Under the pieces are notes generated by a model. The model ran no database searches, had not been told where the DNA came from, and worked only from the letters and a program-made list of their open reading frames with translations. From IMG/VR virus record IMGVR_UViG_3300009999_000006: DNA of 64,000 bases; one strand, 5' to 3'. Shown piece after piece: positions 48,329-57,957 of the stretch. The stretch is from a virus. The stretch's first letter is position 1, and each line of letters begins with the position of its first letter. A program made the position numbers and the translations under genes.

Positions 48329-51300
48329 ATGAACACAACAACTACAGCAGTAAACGTAACAGTATTGGCAAACGAGCTTTCAGTAGCTCAAGCACGTCTT
48401 GTTGAATTACAAGATGTGTCGGTTCGCGTTGTTAAGCGCGAAAAGAAAGTCGCTAAAGCTATCGTGCGTGTACGTCGTGCAGAAAAAGCGCTTAAGAAAG
48501 GAGTTTCAGTTATGAAAACAGCTGAAAAGAAAGAACGTCGTCTTCAGAACAAAAAGGCACGTGCTCGTAAGGTAAAATACGCTCAGCTTCGTGCACGGGC
48601 GTTATTACGGACTTTGACAGAGATGGCGGAGCTTCCAGTTCCTTCATTCCTACAGACTTACGCTAAGAAACTGAACATTCAGTTCTATGCTGGTCAAGGG
48701 AAGCTATCAATCGGTGAATTGTTCGAGAAGGCGAAAACCCTTCAAAAACAATTTGGTCCGAAAAACACTTCATTCAACTTATCGGCGGATGTAGTCAAAA
48801 TCTTCTTCTTTGATAAAGAGAAGAACTTGGTTGAAATGGCGCCACATCACTTAAAGAACTTGGTGCATACGGACAGTTTGAACCAAATGCAAATGAACGA
48901 GGACGCTCGTTTGTTTGTTGCAGTGGAAGGGTCTTCTCGTATTCAAGACTTCGTAATGGACAAGAACTCTCTTGTTCAACGTAACTCTGAATCTTTATTG
49001 GTTCGAGATACGGCTAAGAAACTGCAACGATTCCGTGTTACAAAACGTGACCCGTTGAACCGTAAGGATACGATTGTTGATGTCATTGAAGCGTATGACA
49101 ATACACGTCAATTGAACGTCAAAGTTACTGATATCGTGGATGTTATCAAAGACCTCTTTGATGCAGACAATATCGGTAACCAGTTTGGCATCTTGACAGA
49201 ATCTGTCATGGAAGAGTTAATCACAAACACTATCTTGAACGGTGTCTTGTTGATTGATGAGCGAAACAACGAGTTCAAAGTCTTTACGTTGAACTCAGCG
49301 GCGCCATCCCAAACGCGTAAGGGAGAAGCGGCGTTCTGGCAGTACGGCGTGCACAACAGTGTACAAGGATTGGATGAAGTGCTCTTCAATGAGGAAGCTC
49401 GTTCTATCGCTGTATACGGTCGCTTTAATGATACGTACCGTTTGAAAGAATACGGTTCGTTGAAAGAAGGATTACGCACATTCAAGATGGACAAAGAACC
49501 AAAACGTCTGGAAATGCCAGCGTCTGGTTCACGTGAATCTAAGAGTTTTGGGCAACTCGTTGGTAAATTAAAAGTTGAAGAAGCTTTTGACTACCGTGAT
49601 GACGAGAAAACAGAAAAGGACAAACAAGCAATCGTTCTTGAATCTGTAAATAAAATGATGGGTGGCGTAAAACGTCGTATTCTCATCATTCAAGACCCGA
49701 TTCACAATGTTAAGGCTGTGGCAAAGGTCGTTAAGAAATATAACGCCAAAACTGGAAAGCCTTCGATTGAAGAAGCTCTCCACAACTTCGACAAAAACCT
49801 TGTCGATGGCGGTATTCTTGTGTCTCATGAGTTTACACAATTCATGGTGGCAGAAGGTTTGTTAGAACATGAAGGTCAAAGCTTCCAAGGTCGTGGGGTT
49901 GCCGGTGTGAAACCATTCGCATACGGTGTTCCAATGATTAAGGAAATCACAGGCTTTGATGCTATCTTCATGTCAGGTGCGTTGAAACTTGACGTACTCC
50001 CAGCAATGCTCGAAGGACGCTTCGAGTTTTCTGTTGTTCAAGGCTCACGTCGTGAGTTTGAGAAGGACATTGCGCCTGTAGCAACTCAGGCTCTTCTAGC
50101 GGCAGGTACGCCGAAGAAGAACTTGAAACGGTTGCATCAGATTGCGCAAGGCCGTGTGCATGCGGCAATGGATTCACCCGCCAAAGCATTACGTGTCTTG
50201 AATATCTCAGACAGCTTTGACGAGAACACTCTCAGTGACGGCACAACTGTCGAAGAGATGAACGAAATCATTGAAGGTGAAAGTGGTATCAAAGCCATTC
50301 TCAAACAGTCAGTGATTGCATTAAAAGACGGTGTCATCAAACAACGTCTTGCAAGTCTTATGACGAAAGCTCTAGAGAAGATGACTCTAGGGAATGTCTT
50401 AGTAGACGATACTAAGATGCGTCATATGGGCTTTGACATCTTTATGGTCCTGAAAGCGGTCCAATCGTTGTTCACGCAACGTGCTAAAGGTGTGGAAGTT
50501 CCACAAATGGAATGGGTGGCTTCTATTCCAGCAGGATGTGCGGTAGTTGTCGATGCAAATGGCAACTTGCGCATTGGGGAGTTCCTTGCGATTCGTTATC
50601 CGGCTCTTAAAGCGGAGGAAGTACGAAAAGTATTGGCAACTGCCACGTTCGGTTCTGAAGAAGCACGTGCTTATTACGAGGCGGCCGCGAAAGCTGGTTA
50701 CTTCCAAGGGCTCGTGCTCTTCAACTCTGTTGACATGACAACAGAAGCGATGTCTGGTGCAGACTTCGATGGTGATACGTGTTTGGTTATCTTTAACCGT
50801 TTAATGGTTAAACCGTTCTCTAACCTTACACCACTTCTCGATTTCTACATCAAAGAAGATGGCACTCTTGAAGGTGGATGTCCTTGGGCGCAACCGAAAG
50901 AGGCACGAGACCTGTTAGCTTACATCACACTACCAGAAGGTCTTGAAGTGACACAAAAATCCAACGATAACGGATTAACGTGGACACTTGTCTTTAAGGA
51001 AGAAGACGTTAAGGCTCGTCCACAAGACGTGTACTACGTATTCAACCGTATGACAGCACTTCACATCATCGAGACATCTAAAGCTTCTTCTATCGGGCTT
51101 TGGACAAACCGTTTGATGAACATCGAAGACATCATGCTCGAAATCGAGTCAGAGATGGATTTGACAGTGCGCATCGGACATCATCACCCTGAAATGGTGA
51201 AGAAGTATGCTTCATTGGTTAATGAGCATGCGTATTACAACGAATTGGCAACATGGTTAACATGTGTCGTTCGTTGGGCGATTGATGAAGCTAAACACGG

Positions 51301-51418
51301 TGGGGCGTTCAACAAACCACTTGAACACGTGTTAAACTTCTTCGAAAATGCTCCATCGCCAACAAAAATCAAGGAAGATATCAAAGCTGGTATCTTTAAA
51401 ATGGGTCGTATGTTCTAA
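48329..51418 (+). CDS. YonO/RdRP-like single-subunit DNA-dependent RNA polymerase
   Basis: PSQTRKG, DGGILVS, QGRGVAGVK, IRYPAL, MSGADFDGD (DFDGD at 50762-50776), SIGLWTN and AIDEAKHG. Confidence 0.9.
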   Translation: MNTTTTAVNVTVLANELSVAQARLVELQDVSVRVVKREKKVAKAIVRVRRAEKALKKGVSVMKTAEKKERRLQNKKARARKVKYAQLRARALLRTLTEMAELPVPSFLQTYAKKLNIQFYAGQGKLSIGELFEKAKTLQKQFGPKNTSFNLSADVVKIFFFDKEKNLVEMAPHHLKNLVHTDSLNQMQMNEDARLFVAVEGSSRIQDFVMDKNSLVQRNSESLLVRDTAKKLQRFRVTKRDPLNRKDTIVDVIEAYDNTRQLNVKVTDIVDVIKDLFDADNIGNQFGILTESVMEELITNTILNGVLLIDERNNEFKVFTLNSAAPSQTRKGEAAFWQYGVHNSVQGLDEVLFNEEARSIAVYGRFNDTYRLKEYGSLKEGLRTFKMDKEPKRLEMPASGSRESKSFGQLVGKLKVEEAFDYRDDEKTEKDKQAIVLESVNKMMGGVKRRILIIQDPIHNVKAVAKVVKKYNAKTGKPSIEEALHNFDKNLVDGGILVSHEFTQFMVAEGLLEHEGQSFQGRGVAGVKPFAYGVPMIKEITGFDAIFMSGALKLDVLPAMLEGRFEFSVVQGSRREFEKDIAPVATQALLAAGTPKKNLKRLHQIAQGRVHAAMDSPAKALRVLNISDSFDENTLSDGTTVEEMNEIIEGESGIKAILKQSVIALKDGVIKQRLASLMTKALEKMTLGNVLVDDTKMRHMGFDIFMVLKAVQSLFTQRAKGVEVPQMEWVASIPAGCAVVVDANGNLRIGEFLAIRYPALKAEEVRKVLATATFGSEEARAYYEAAAKAGYFQGLVLFNSVDMTTEAMSGADFDGDTCLVIFNRLMVKPFSNLTPLLDFYIKEDGTLEGGCPWAQPKEARDLLAYITLPEGLEVTQKSNDNGLTWTLVFKEEDVKARPQDVYYVFNRMTALHIIETSKASSIGLWTNRLMNIEDIMLEIESEMDLTVRIGHHHPEMVKKYASLVNEHAYYNELATWLTCVVRWAIDEAKHGGAFNKPLEHVLNFFENAPSPTKIKEDIKAGIFKMGRMF

Positions 51419-51545
51419 GACTCATTTGTTTACAGCGAATTGTGGAGGGGTGAGATGCCCTCTTTTTGTTTTGATTATTTTACTGCCAACAGGACGGAAA
51501 ATACCGTATGAGGCTCTGCTGATGCAGAAGAACAGGGGAAAACTC

Positions 51546-53486
51546 ATGTCTTACACAACTAACACTACTACTAACAACGTCAAAATTTGGACTGCTGAAG
51601 AAGCTATCCAACAAATGCAAACAATCCGTACAGTCGAAGTGATTCAAGTTTCATCTCGTGAGGCTGTGAATTACTTGTCTTCGAATACTCCATCTCCTGA
51701 AAAGGAAATGGTGCTCGAAGCGTTAGTCGAACTTCGCAAGATGTTTGGTCCTAAAATGGGCTTTATCCATGGACAGACGCCGGAACAATTGGCGAATTTC
51801 ATGACTAAGGTCAAACAACTTGCTGTCGACGGCAAGTTGGAATTAGAAGAAGATGAGGATTCCGATATCATCGATTGGGAAACAGAACATTATCTAATCT
51901 CCTTCCAAATTTTCAAAGCCGGAAAGAACTGCTTGTCACAGTTCACAAGTGAGCCGAAAGAACGGTTCACATTCCGTAATGTCTTGCAAGAAACGTACGA
52001 CCGTGCATGTATGCACGAAAGCTTCAAAGCAGAGAAGATGCCATTCCAACGCCCAGGGTTCATTGCTGGGCAGAAGATGGAAACTGGAGACCGTGTGGTT
52101 TTCCGTTATTCTTCTGTGCAACTCAGCACAGATTTTGGTGGCTTCATCATTCGTGAATTGATGGAAGTACGTCGTTCATTCAAACGTACGATGAACATGT
52201 TGTCTGAGTTCATGACATTGGAGGAGCGCCTTGAGATTTCAAAGGAAGAGAAAGATACTCTTCTTCAGAAGTCAGGACAATTGTTGGCTTATGCCAGCAA
52301 TGCGATGGACAAAATCCGCAAATACAAAGCGGAGATTGAGCCACGCGCTATCAAAGCATTAGGTATGCGCAACCTAACGCGGGATTTCCAGTACAAAGCC
52401 GATAAGCTTGAAATGCAACAAAAAGGCTTTGTCGATATGAAAGAATTGGCGGAACGTCATTCTTATCGTGTTGGTCGTCAAGTTTGGGACAACCAAATGA
52501 CAACGACAGGAAAGAAAGGGTCTTGGCTCCGCAAAGTCATGACGCAAGTAGAGAAAGACGAACTTGCAATCATGAACCAAGACATGAAAACAGAGTTGAA
52601 CTCTGTTCTTGCGGAATGGGTCAAAGAGCACGAAAATGGCATGCTCAAAATTGCTGTTGTGACATACGTCCAACAGTATAACATCGAGAAAGATTCGCTC
52701 GATGGATTGGCGTCATTCTGGGATACTTTCGAAGAAGGGCTTTTAATGGCTCTTCACGCCATGAAAGTTGAGAAGGATGCACCACTGCCAGTGTACGTTG
52801 CTTCAAGCAAACCGATTTACTTCATGTTCCTTCCTCCAATGGGGAACACAGCTGTTGTACCAGCCGCTCATGCTGAACTTACAAAACGTAATGTGCATGG
52901 CAAACGTATCGAAATCGTCACAGTTGGTGATGAGGTCGGTATTCAATTGGAGTGTGGCTTCTTCCCGCTTGAGAAACGGGCAGACCGCATGAAGTGGTTA
53001 CCGGTTGGCCGTGATTATACGGCGAAGGTAGCTCGTTACAAAAACACTGTTGTTGGTGGTATCTCAATCGAACTTGAAGATATTCAAGCGATTGAAACAA
53101 CACCGGAGCCAGAGCCAGAAGTTATGGCTCCTGCAACGACAGTCGTGCAAGAAGAATCCCAAGTTGTCACTCAAGACGCTTGGGATGACATTGACGAAAG
53201 TCAAATGCATTACTATGAGGACTATGCGGCGGAGCAGGAATCTGCTTTTGACGCACCAGTTGTCGTAGAGCCAGTTGTCTTAGCTGTTACTGAGACGATT
53301 GTTGCAACGCTCAAAACGTATACACCTGAGCAGTTGTTGACACAAGACTTTGAAATGAAAGTGTCGCCGCTTGGCACACAGATTTTCATCGTCATTCAAG
53401 GTGCTCACACTTTGGCATTCTCGACAGATGTTCAATTGTCTTCGATTGACGAGTTACGTCACGATGGCACGAACTTTATTGTTTGA
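51546..53486 (+). CDS. Hypothetical protein, possibly the split C-terminal part or partner of the YonO-like RNAP
   Basis: RBS-supported start MSYTT; RPGFIAGQK and AVVTY...SFWDTFEEGLL resemble RdRP/YonO C-terminal motifs. Confidence 0.6.
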   Translation: MSYTTNTTTNNVKIWTAEEAIQQMQTIRTVEVIQVSSREAVNYLSSNTPSPEKEMVLEALVELRKMFGPKMGFIHGQTPEQLANFMTKVKQLAVDGKLELEEDEDSDIIDWETEHYLISFQIFKAGKNCLSQFTSEPKERFTFRNVLQETYDRACMHESFKAEKMPFQRPGFIAGQKMETGDRVVFRYSSVQLSTDFGGFIIRELMEVRRSFKRTMNMLSEFMTLEERLEISKEEKDTLLQKSGQLLAYASNAMDKIRKYKAEIEPRAIKALGMRNLTRDFQYKADKLEMQQKGFVDMKELAERHSYRVGRQVWDNQMTTTGKKGSWLRKVMTQVEKDELAIMNQDMKTELNSVLAEWVKEHENGMLKIAVVTYVQQYNIEKDSLDGLASFWDTFEEGLLMALHAMKVEKDAPLPVYVASSKPIYFMFLPPMGNTAVVPAAHAELTKRNVHGKRIEIVTVGDEVGIQLECGFFPLEKRADRMKWLPVGRDYTAKVARYKNTVVGGISIELEDIQAIETTPEPEPEVMAPATTVVQEESQVVTQDAWDDIDESQMHYYEDYAAEQESAFDAPVVVEPVVLAVTETIVATLKTYTPEQLLTQDFEMKVSPLGTQIFIVIQGAHTLAFSTDVQLSSIDELRHDGTNFIV

Positions 53487-53489
53487 TTA

Positions 53490-53521
53490 AGGAGGCCCTC
53501 TTCGGAGGGTCTTTTGTTTTA
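53490..53521 (+). terminator. Intrinsic terminator
   Basis: GGCCCTC-TTCG-GAGGGTC followed by TTTTGTTT. Confidence 0.8.
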
Positions 53522-53562
53522 TTGTCTACCACTATACTCATACAAAAAAGGGGAAATTAATC

Positions 53563-54744
53563 ATGAAAATCCAAAACAAACTTGCTCGTTATATCAACAA
53601 CACTACTGTCAGCAACAAAGAAGTACAAGTCAACAAAATGGTGAAAGCCATTGCGTTGGCAGAGCGTGAGTTGGAACAGGCTCGTGCTTTATTTGCTGAT
53701 TTCAATTCAGCACCAGTTCCACCGGCACCAAAGAAATCTATTCTTCACTCAGGCATGGGTGAAATGACATCAGCGTCTGAAGTTCAGGCGTTGGTGTTTG
53801 ATGCTGATAAAACAGCAGGGATTGCTTCTGTCGTAGCTAAGACAGAAGTGAAACCAGTTGAGGAGGTGAAAGCTTTGGTCTTACCAGATACTCCTGTTCA
53901 AGGATTGGTATTACCGGATGTTGAACCAAAAGGCTTGGTGTTGCCTGGCATTGCGCCGAAAACACTTGTTGAACCGGAGAAGGCTGTCGACGGCCTTGTT
54001 TTACCGGGTGTCAAACTTGTTGATAAGGTAAAGGAAAATATTCCGGCACCTGCAAAATCAACAGGTCCGAAAGCAGGGTTCATCAGTGGCCCTGTCTCTG
54101 CCAAGCTAGTGTTGAATAGCGGACGTCCTAGCTATAAACACGACACCATTGCTTATACAGAGAAACTACGTGTCTTCATGTACACGGGTATCATGAAACT
54201 TGCGGAAGCAGGAGTTTGTGAGATTCGTGTACCAGAGCTTGATGGTGTCGAGCTCATGATGGCACTTGTCTGGGAAAGCGTGATTGCGAAATACCCAGAC
54301 ATGAAGATGGTCTTGTATACAAACAACAAGACGGTCTTCAAGCAATACAAGGAGCCGGAACTAGAGAAAGCCGCTGGTATCTACTCTCCTGCACGATTAT
54401 CTCGTGGCTTGCGTCATTATGCTACGAAGGTCGTGGAAGTAAACGGCTCTGCCTTCGATGTTCGTCGGGCAGTAGCTAAGGATACGGTCGGATACGTCCG
54501 TGTCTCACCGTTTGGCGTGGAGGATGTCTCAACTCCACTCTATCAAGGGAAAGCCTTGACAGTCTCTATTTGCCCATGGACGTTGGCAGTAGAGATTGGC
54601 GGAGAACTAACTCATAAGTCGGTACCGGCTGATGGGAACGATTATCGTCCAACGAATGCCAAGCCTAAGGAAACTGTCGAAGAGACAGTGGCACCCGCTG
54701 AAGAAGTGGATGTTACCTTGGCAATGGGTGGCTTCGATTTCTAA
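53563..54744 (+). CDS. Protein with GLVLP repeats and a degenerate YpsA-like SLOG region
   Basis: Four (G/A)LVLP units; GVELMMALVW...YPDMKMVLY resembles YpsA. Confidence 0.55.
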   Translation: MKIQNKLARYINNTTVSNKEVQVNKMVKAIALAERELEQARALFADFNSAPVPPAPKKSILHSGMGEMTSASEVQALVFDADKTAGIASVVAKTEVKPVEEVKALVLPDTPVQGLVLPDVEPKGLVLPGIAPKTLVEPEKAVDGLVLPGVKLVDKVKENIPAPAKSTGPKAGFISGPVSAKLVLNSGRPSYKHDTIAYTEKLRVFMYTGIMKLAEAGVCEIRVPELDGVELMMALVWESVIAKYPDMKMVLYTNNKTVFKQYKEPELEKAAGIYSPARLSRGLRHYATKVVEVNGSAFDVRRAVAKDTVGYVRVSPFGVEDVSTPLYQGKALTVSICPWTLAVEIGGELTHKSVPADGNDYRPTNAKPKETVEETVAPAEEVDVTLAMGGFDF

Positions 54745-54812
54745 TCGGGGCCTACCGTTTGTTTCACAGTTGGCTATCCGGCCTTCGGCTCAGGGTTGAA
54801 GTTCAAGCCCTT

Positions 54813-54840
54813 AAGAGCGGAGGCCTACGGCCATCTCGTT
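54813..54840 (+). promoter_or_regulatory. AGCGG-hairpin element, copy 1 (no TGATT)
   Basis: AAGAGCGGAGGCCTACGGCC. Confidence 0.6.
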
Positions 54841-54870
54841 CGGTATTACCAATTGAAAGGAGTGACTACG

Positions 54871-55104
54871 ATGTCACGAGAATTTATCATTCATTTATTA
54901 CGTTTAGTGTTACCTTATCCATTGCATTGGTTTGAAACCAAGTCCTTGTTCGAATTGAACGGGATGTATGCAGACAACCGGTGTGCCATCTCCCGAAAGC
55001 GTGTGGAATTGGCGTTTGCCGCCGATGACCGTCGCTTGCAAGAACGACTGAAGAAAAGACCGGTGCTTCCCTCTGGTGAAGACAATGGGTTGCCCTTCTT
55101 TTAG
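54871..55104 (+). CDS. Hypothetical protein
   Basis: AAAGGAG RBS; start corrected. Confidence 0.65.
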   Translation: MSREFIIHLLRLVLPYPLHWFETKSLFELNGMYADNRCAISRKRVELAFAADDRRLQERLKKRPVLPSGEDNGLPFF

Positions 55105-55108
55105 TACG

Positions 55109-55132
55109 GAAGGGCTACGGCCCTTCTTTTTA
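55109..55132 (+). terminator. Intrinsic terminator
   Basis: GAAGGGC-TACG-GCCCTTC followed by TTTTT. Confidence 0.8.
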
Positions 55133-55157
55133 TACTATAATCTAAGGGGGATTTAAC

Positions 55158-55472
55158 ATGAAAGAATTAATCGAACGTATAGAAGCTTCAAAATTGCATC
55201 AGGAAGATGTTGTCGCATTAGCTCGTGAGTTCGGCGATGACTATACACCTGAGCAATTCAAAGAAGCGGTGACCTTGAAGTATACGGGTCCTAAGTATGC
55301 AAGCTGGGCAACTGGTCAAATCTTACGTAATCTGGTGAACGAAGCCATGATTGCGTGGAGAGACGGAATAGACTCCCGCCGACCTCTTGGTAACAATGAG
55401 CGTCGTTGCCGGTGTGGTACCATTATCTGGTTGGACCCGGATTTTGGCATAGAGTCGCATAGTTGTAATTAA
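55158..55472 (+). CDS. Hypothetical protein with C-terminal Cys motif
   Basis: AAGGGGG RBS; CRCG...HSC. Confidence 0.7.
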   Translation: MKELIERIEASKLHQEDVVALAREFGDDYTPEQFKEAVTLKYTGPKYASWATGQILRNLVNEAMIAWRDGIDSRRPLGNNERRCRCGTIIWLDPDFGIESHSCN

Positions 55473-55478
55473 AAAAGA

Positions 55479-55514
55479 AAAGAGCGGAGGCCTACGGGCC
55501 TTCTACATATGATT
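55479..55514 (+). promoter_or_regulatory. AGCGG-hairpin-TGATT element, copy 2
   Basis: AGCGG-N22-TGATT. Confidence 0.7.
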
Positions 55515-55544
55515 CATAATACTACATTCAAAGGGGATATTATT

Positions 55545-55865
55545 ATGTTAATCCAAAATCCTATGGCTCGTCCTACTACTGATAAAGTACCGTATGATTA
55601 TTCCGATATGCTTCATCGAGTAGCTTTACGTATGAATGCATTTGTGACTGCTTATCGTAGTCCTGACTTCAATCGTTTCCATCCCTCTATTAACGCACTT
55701 CATCTTGCTACCACATCACAATATTGTCCTGATTATGACAACGATGATGTATGGGAAGATATCTTTGCTCAAGCGGCAACGGGCAAAAAGAATCGCTTTT
55801 CTGAAGATTACAATGATGCTGTTGATGCATACCACAAACGACCTCATGGTCATTGGCGTTACTAA
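55545..55865 (+). CDS. Hypothetical protein (LAxAMN-like family)
   Basis: RBS; HRVALRMNAF. Confidence 0.7.
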   Translation: MLIQNPMARPTTDKVPYDYSDMLHRVALRMNAFVTAYRSPDFNRFHPSINALHLATTSQYCPDYDNDDVWEDIFAQAATGKKNRFSEDYNDAVDAYHKRPHGHWRY

Positions 55866-55921
55866 GGGGCCTCCGGGCCTTCTTTTTTTTGATTTATATT
55901 CTATCCAAAGGGGAGATTCAT

Positions 55922-56233
55922 ATGGTAGAAAATACTTTAGCTATACAAGAATTGGCGTTTGCGATGAATGATTTCATCAGTAAACTCCTTGCTAATCCTC
56001 AACGAAGTTACCAAAGCTTTTCTGATGATGAATGTAAGGAATTAGTAGATGCTTTGTCTGTTTTCGATGGACAGGATTACGACCATCTAACGCATTATCT
56101 TGCTGGTTTTATGGTCCGCCATAAAAACCCAAATGACCTCTTCAGATTCAATCGTCATGATGATAATTACTCCCTTGATTATGCGGCTGGATTCTTCCAA
56201 CAGGTAAGCATGTCATTGTATTATTATGCGTAA
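55922..56233 (+). CDS. Hypothetical protein (MVENTL family)
   Basis: RBS; N-terminus shared with 56374-56664. Confidence 0.75.
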   Translation: MVENTLAIQELAFAMNDFISKLLANPQRSYQSFSDDECKELVDALSVFDGQDYDHLTHYLAGFMVRHKNPNDLFRFNRHDDNYSLDYAAGFFQQVSMSLYYYA

Positions 56234-56258
56234 GGGGCCTTCGGGCTCCTTTTTTTTA
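56234..56258 (+). terminator. UUCG-loop terminator (similar ones at about 55866, 56665, 58901 and 59208)
   Basis: GGGGCC-TTCG-GGCTCC followed by T8. Confidence 0.85.
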
Positions 56259-56309
56259 ATCCCAAACACATTCCCAGTAGCCATACATATCCTTCGGCTA
56301 CACAGAACC

Positions 56310-56343
56310 AAGAGCGGGGGACTACGTCCTCCTTTTGCTGATT
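56310..56343 (+). promoter_or_regulatory. AGCGG-hairpin-TGATT element, copy 3
   Basis: AGCGG-N21-TGATT; stem GGAC-TAC-GTCC. Confidence 0.7.
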
Positions 56344-56373
56344 CATAATCTAATACTAAAGGGAGAGATTTAC

Positions 56374-56664
56374 ATGGTAGAAAATACTTTGGTTGTACAA
56401 GAATTGGCGTTTGCAATGAATGCATTACTAGACGCGGACGGTTTTAACTTCGGTACGCCAGAAGTCAACGCATTCGTTCGTTCTGCTGATAAGACAGATG
56501 ACCCGCATCATTACATGCTATACATGGCTTACCTTATGTACCCTTCTACAGGTTGGGACGTTCCTCAAACTCAATCCGTTGACATGGCTTATGATATCTT
56601 CATGGGCTCTCGTATCAACGGTCCTGCTCCTCTTAACTTCGTCTTCACCGACCCTCCATTCTAA
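56374..56664 (+). CDS. Hypothetical protein (MVENTL family)
   Basis: RBS; shared N-terminus. Confidence 0.75.
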   Translation: MVENTLVVQELAFAMNALLDADGFNFGTPEVNAFVRSADKTDDPHHYMLYMAYLMYPSTGWDVPQTQSVDMAYDIFMGSRINGPAPLNFVFTDPPF

Positions 56665-56757
56665 GAAGCCTTCGGGCTTCTTTTTTTTAAATCCACACAC
56701 ATTTCCTTCGGCTAGACATATCCAAAATCTTTACATATCCTTTATGACCTAAGACCT

Positions 56758-56791
56758 AAGAGCGGAGGCCTACGACCCTCTTTTGCTGATT
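56758..56791 (+). promoter_or_regulatory. AGCGG-hairpin-TGATT element, copy 4
   Basis: AGCGG-N21-TGATT. Confidence 0.7.
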
Positions 56792-56809
56792 ATAAAAGGA
56801 GGAGATAGT

Positions 56810-57172
56810 ATGTTTCGAGTAATTATTGCCGGTGGTCGGACCATGAATAATTATGAGTTATTAAGAAGTGAGGCAGATGCTTTATTGGCAAGAAAGGTAT
56901 TGGAAAACGAACACATCGTTATTGTCAGTGGGACTGCTAAAGGTGCTGATAAATTAGGAGAACGGTATGCGGCTGAACGTGGTTATCAAGTTCATCAATA
57001 CCCTGCTGATTGGGATACTCATGGTAAATCTGCTGGTTATAAAAGAAATGCGTTGATGGCTGACAATGCCGATGCGCTTATGGCCTTCTGGGATGAAAAA
57101 TCTCGTGGGACCATGCATATGATTAACCTTGCTAAAGAAAAAGGATTGGCAGTCCGTGTTATTAAATATTAA
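56810..57172 (+). CDS. SLOG-superfamily protein (DUF2493/YspA-like)
   Basis: IIAGGR, VSGTAKGAD, ADW...AGYKRN, AFWD..SRGT. Confidence 0.85.
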   Translation: MFRVIIAGGRTMNNYELLRSEADALLARKVLENEHIVIVSGTAKGADKLGERYAAERGYQVHQYPADWDTHGKSAGYKRNALMADNADALMAFWDEKSRGTMHMINLAKEKGLAVRVIKY

Positions 57173-57205
57173 GAGCGGGGGCCTACGGGCCTTCTGTTGC
57201 TGATT
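57171..57205 (+). promoter_or_regulatory. AGCGG-hairpin-TGATT element, copy 5
   Basis: AGCGG-N22-TGATT. Confidence 0.7.
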
Positions 57206-57235
57206 CATAACTTCATACAAAAAGGAGAGATTCTC

Positions 57236-57568
57236 ATGCATCCACAAATTGAACGTGAAAATGAAATGGACAAATTCTTCCGTCGGGGGAAATACTCGAC
57301 GAACATCAATCCTGAAACGGGTGAGTTCGTTGAACCCGTCAAAATGATTCATCCTTCGACACCAAACCGGTGCCGTGTCCTTATCGCTCGTCAACCTACG
57401 CTTTGTATGAACTTAGCTCATGCCGAGATTCGTCAGACATTGGTTGTAGAGAAAAACGGCAAACAAGGTACGGTTCGCATTGTCTTATGCAAATGTCCAA
57501 AAAAAGAAGCACCTGAAAAGTTCCAAGATTACGTGAAACGTTGGAGAGAAAAGGAGAGTCTCGTATGA
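57236..57568 (+). CDS. Hypothetical protein
   Basis: AAAGGAG RBS. Confidence 0.7.
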   Translation: MHPQIERENEMDKFFRRGKYSTNINPETGEFVEPVKMIHPSTPNRCRVLIARQPTLCMNLAHAEIRQTLVVEKNGKQGTVRIVLCKCPKKEAPEKFQDYVKRWREKESLV

Positions 57569-57735
57569 ATTTCTTATTCGTCTTTGGATTGTATACCTTC
57601 TTCGCGGTCCTCGTGATTTTCGGAGCGGGGCTTGCTCATTATTTCTTTAGTAAAGGAAAAACGATTCCCGCCTTCTCCATTTTCTTTGGAGCAGTCGCTG
57701 TTATCAATATTTTAATCAACGTCGTCTTCAACTAA
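57565..57735 (+). CDS. Small membrane protein
   Basis: Two hydrophobic helices; RBS. Confidence 0.65.
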   Translation: MNFLFVFGLYTFFAVLVIFGAGLAHYFFSKGKTIPAFSIFFGAVAVINILINVVFN

Positions 57736-57771
57736 CTTAATCCAATCATATATAAAAGGGAGAGATTCATC

Positions 57772-57957
57772 ATGAAAAAATTCGCTAAACTAGTACTTAA
57801 AGTCGGGATTGTCTATACCTTTGCGATGTACGTCGCCGCCATCAGCATCGTCGCTGAAAAGCGGAAAACCGACGCCGAGATTGATGCGTTAATGAAAGAA
57901 CATGAAGAGGCACACGCAGGGTTCCGCAAAACACTCAAACAATTGGGGGCGATTTAA
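57772..57957 (+). CDS. Small membrane-anchored protein
   Basis: RBS; N-terminal hydrophobic helix. Confidence 0.65.
   Translation: MKKFAKLVLKVGIVYTFAMYVAAISIVAEKRKTDAEIDALMKEHEEAHAGFRKTLKQLGAI

Noticed and set aside
54795..54845. Twister-ribozyme-like 3' half (AAGCCC-UUAAGAGCGGAGG)
   Set aside because: The matching UAA/P2 strand and pseudoknot partners are not present
56022..56028. Another CTGATGA hammerhead-like core
   Set aside because: Lies inside a coding sequence with no flanking stems or GAAA partner
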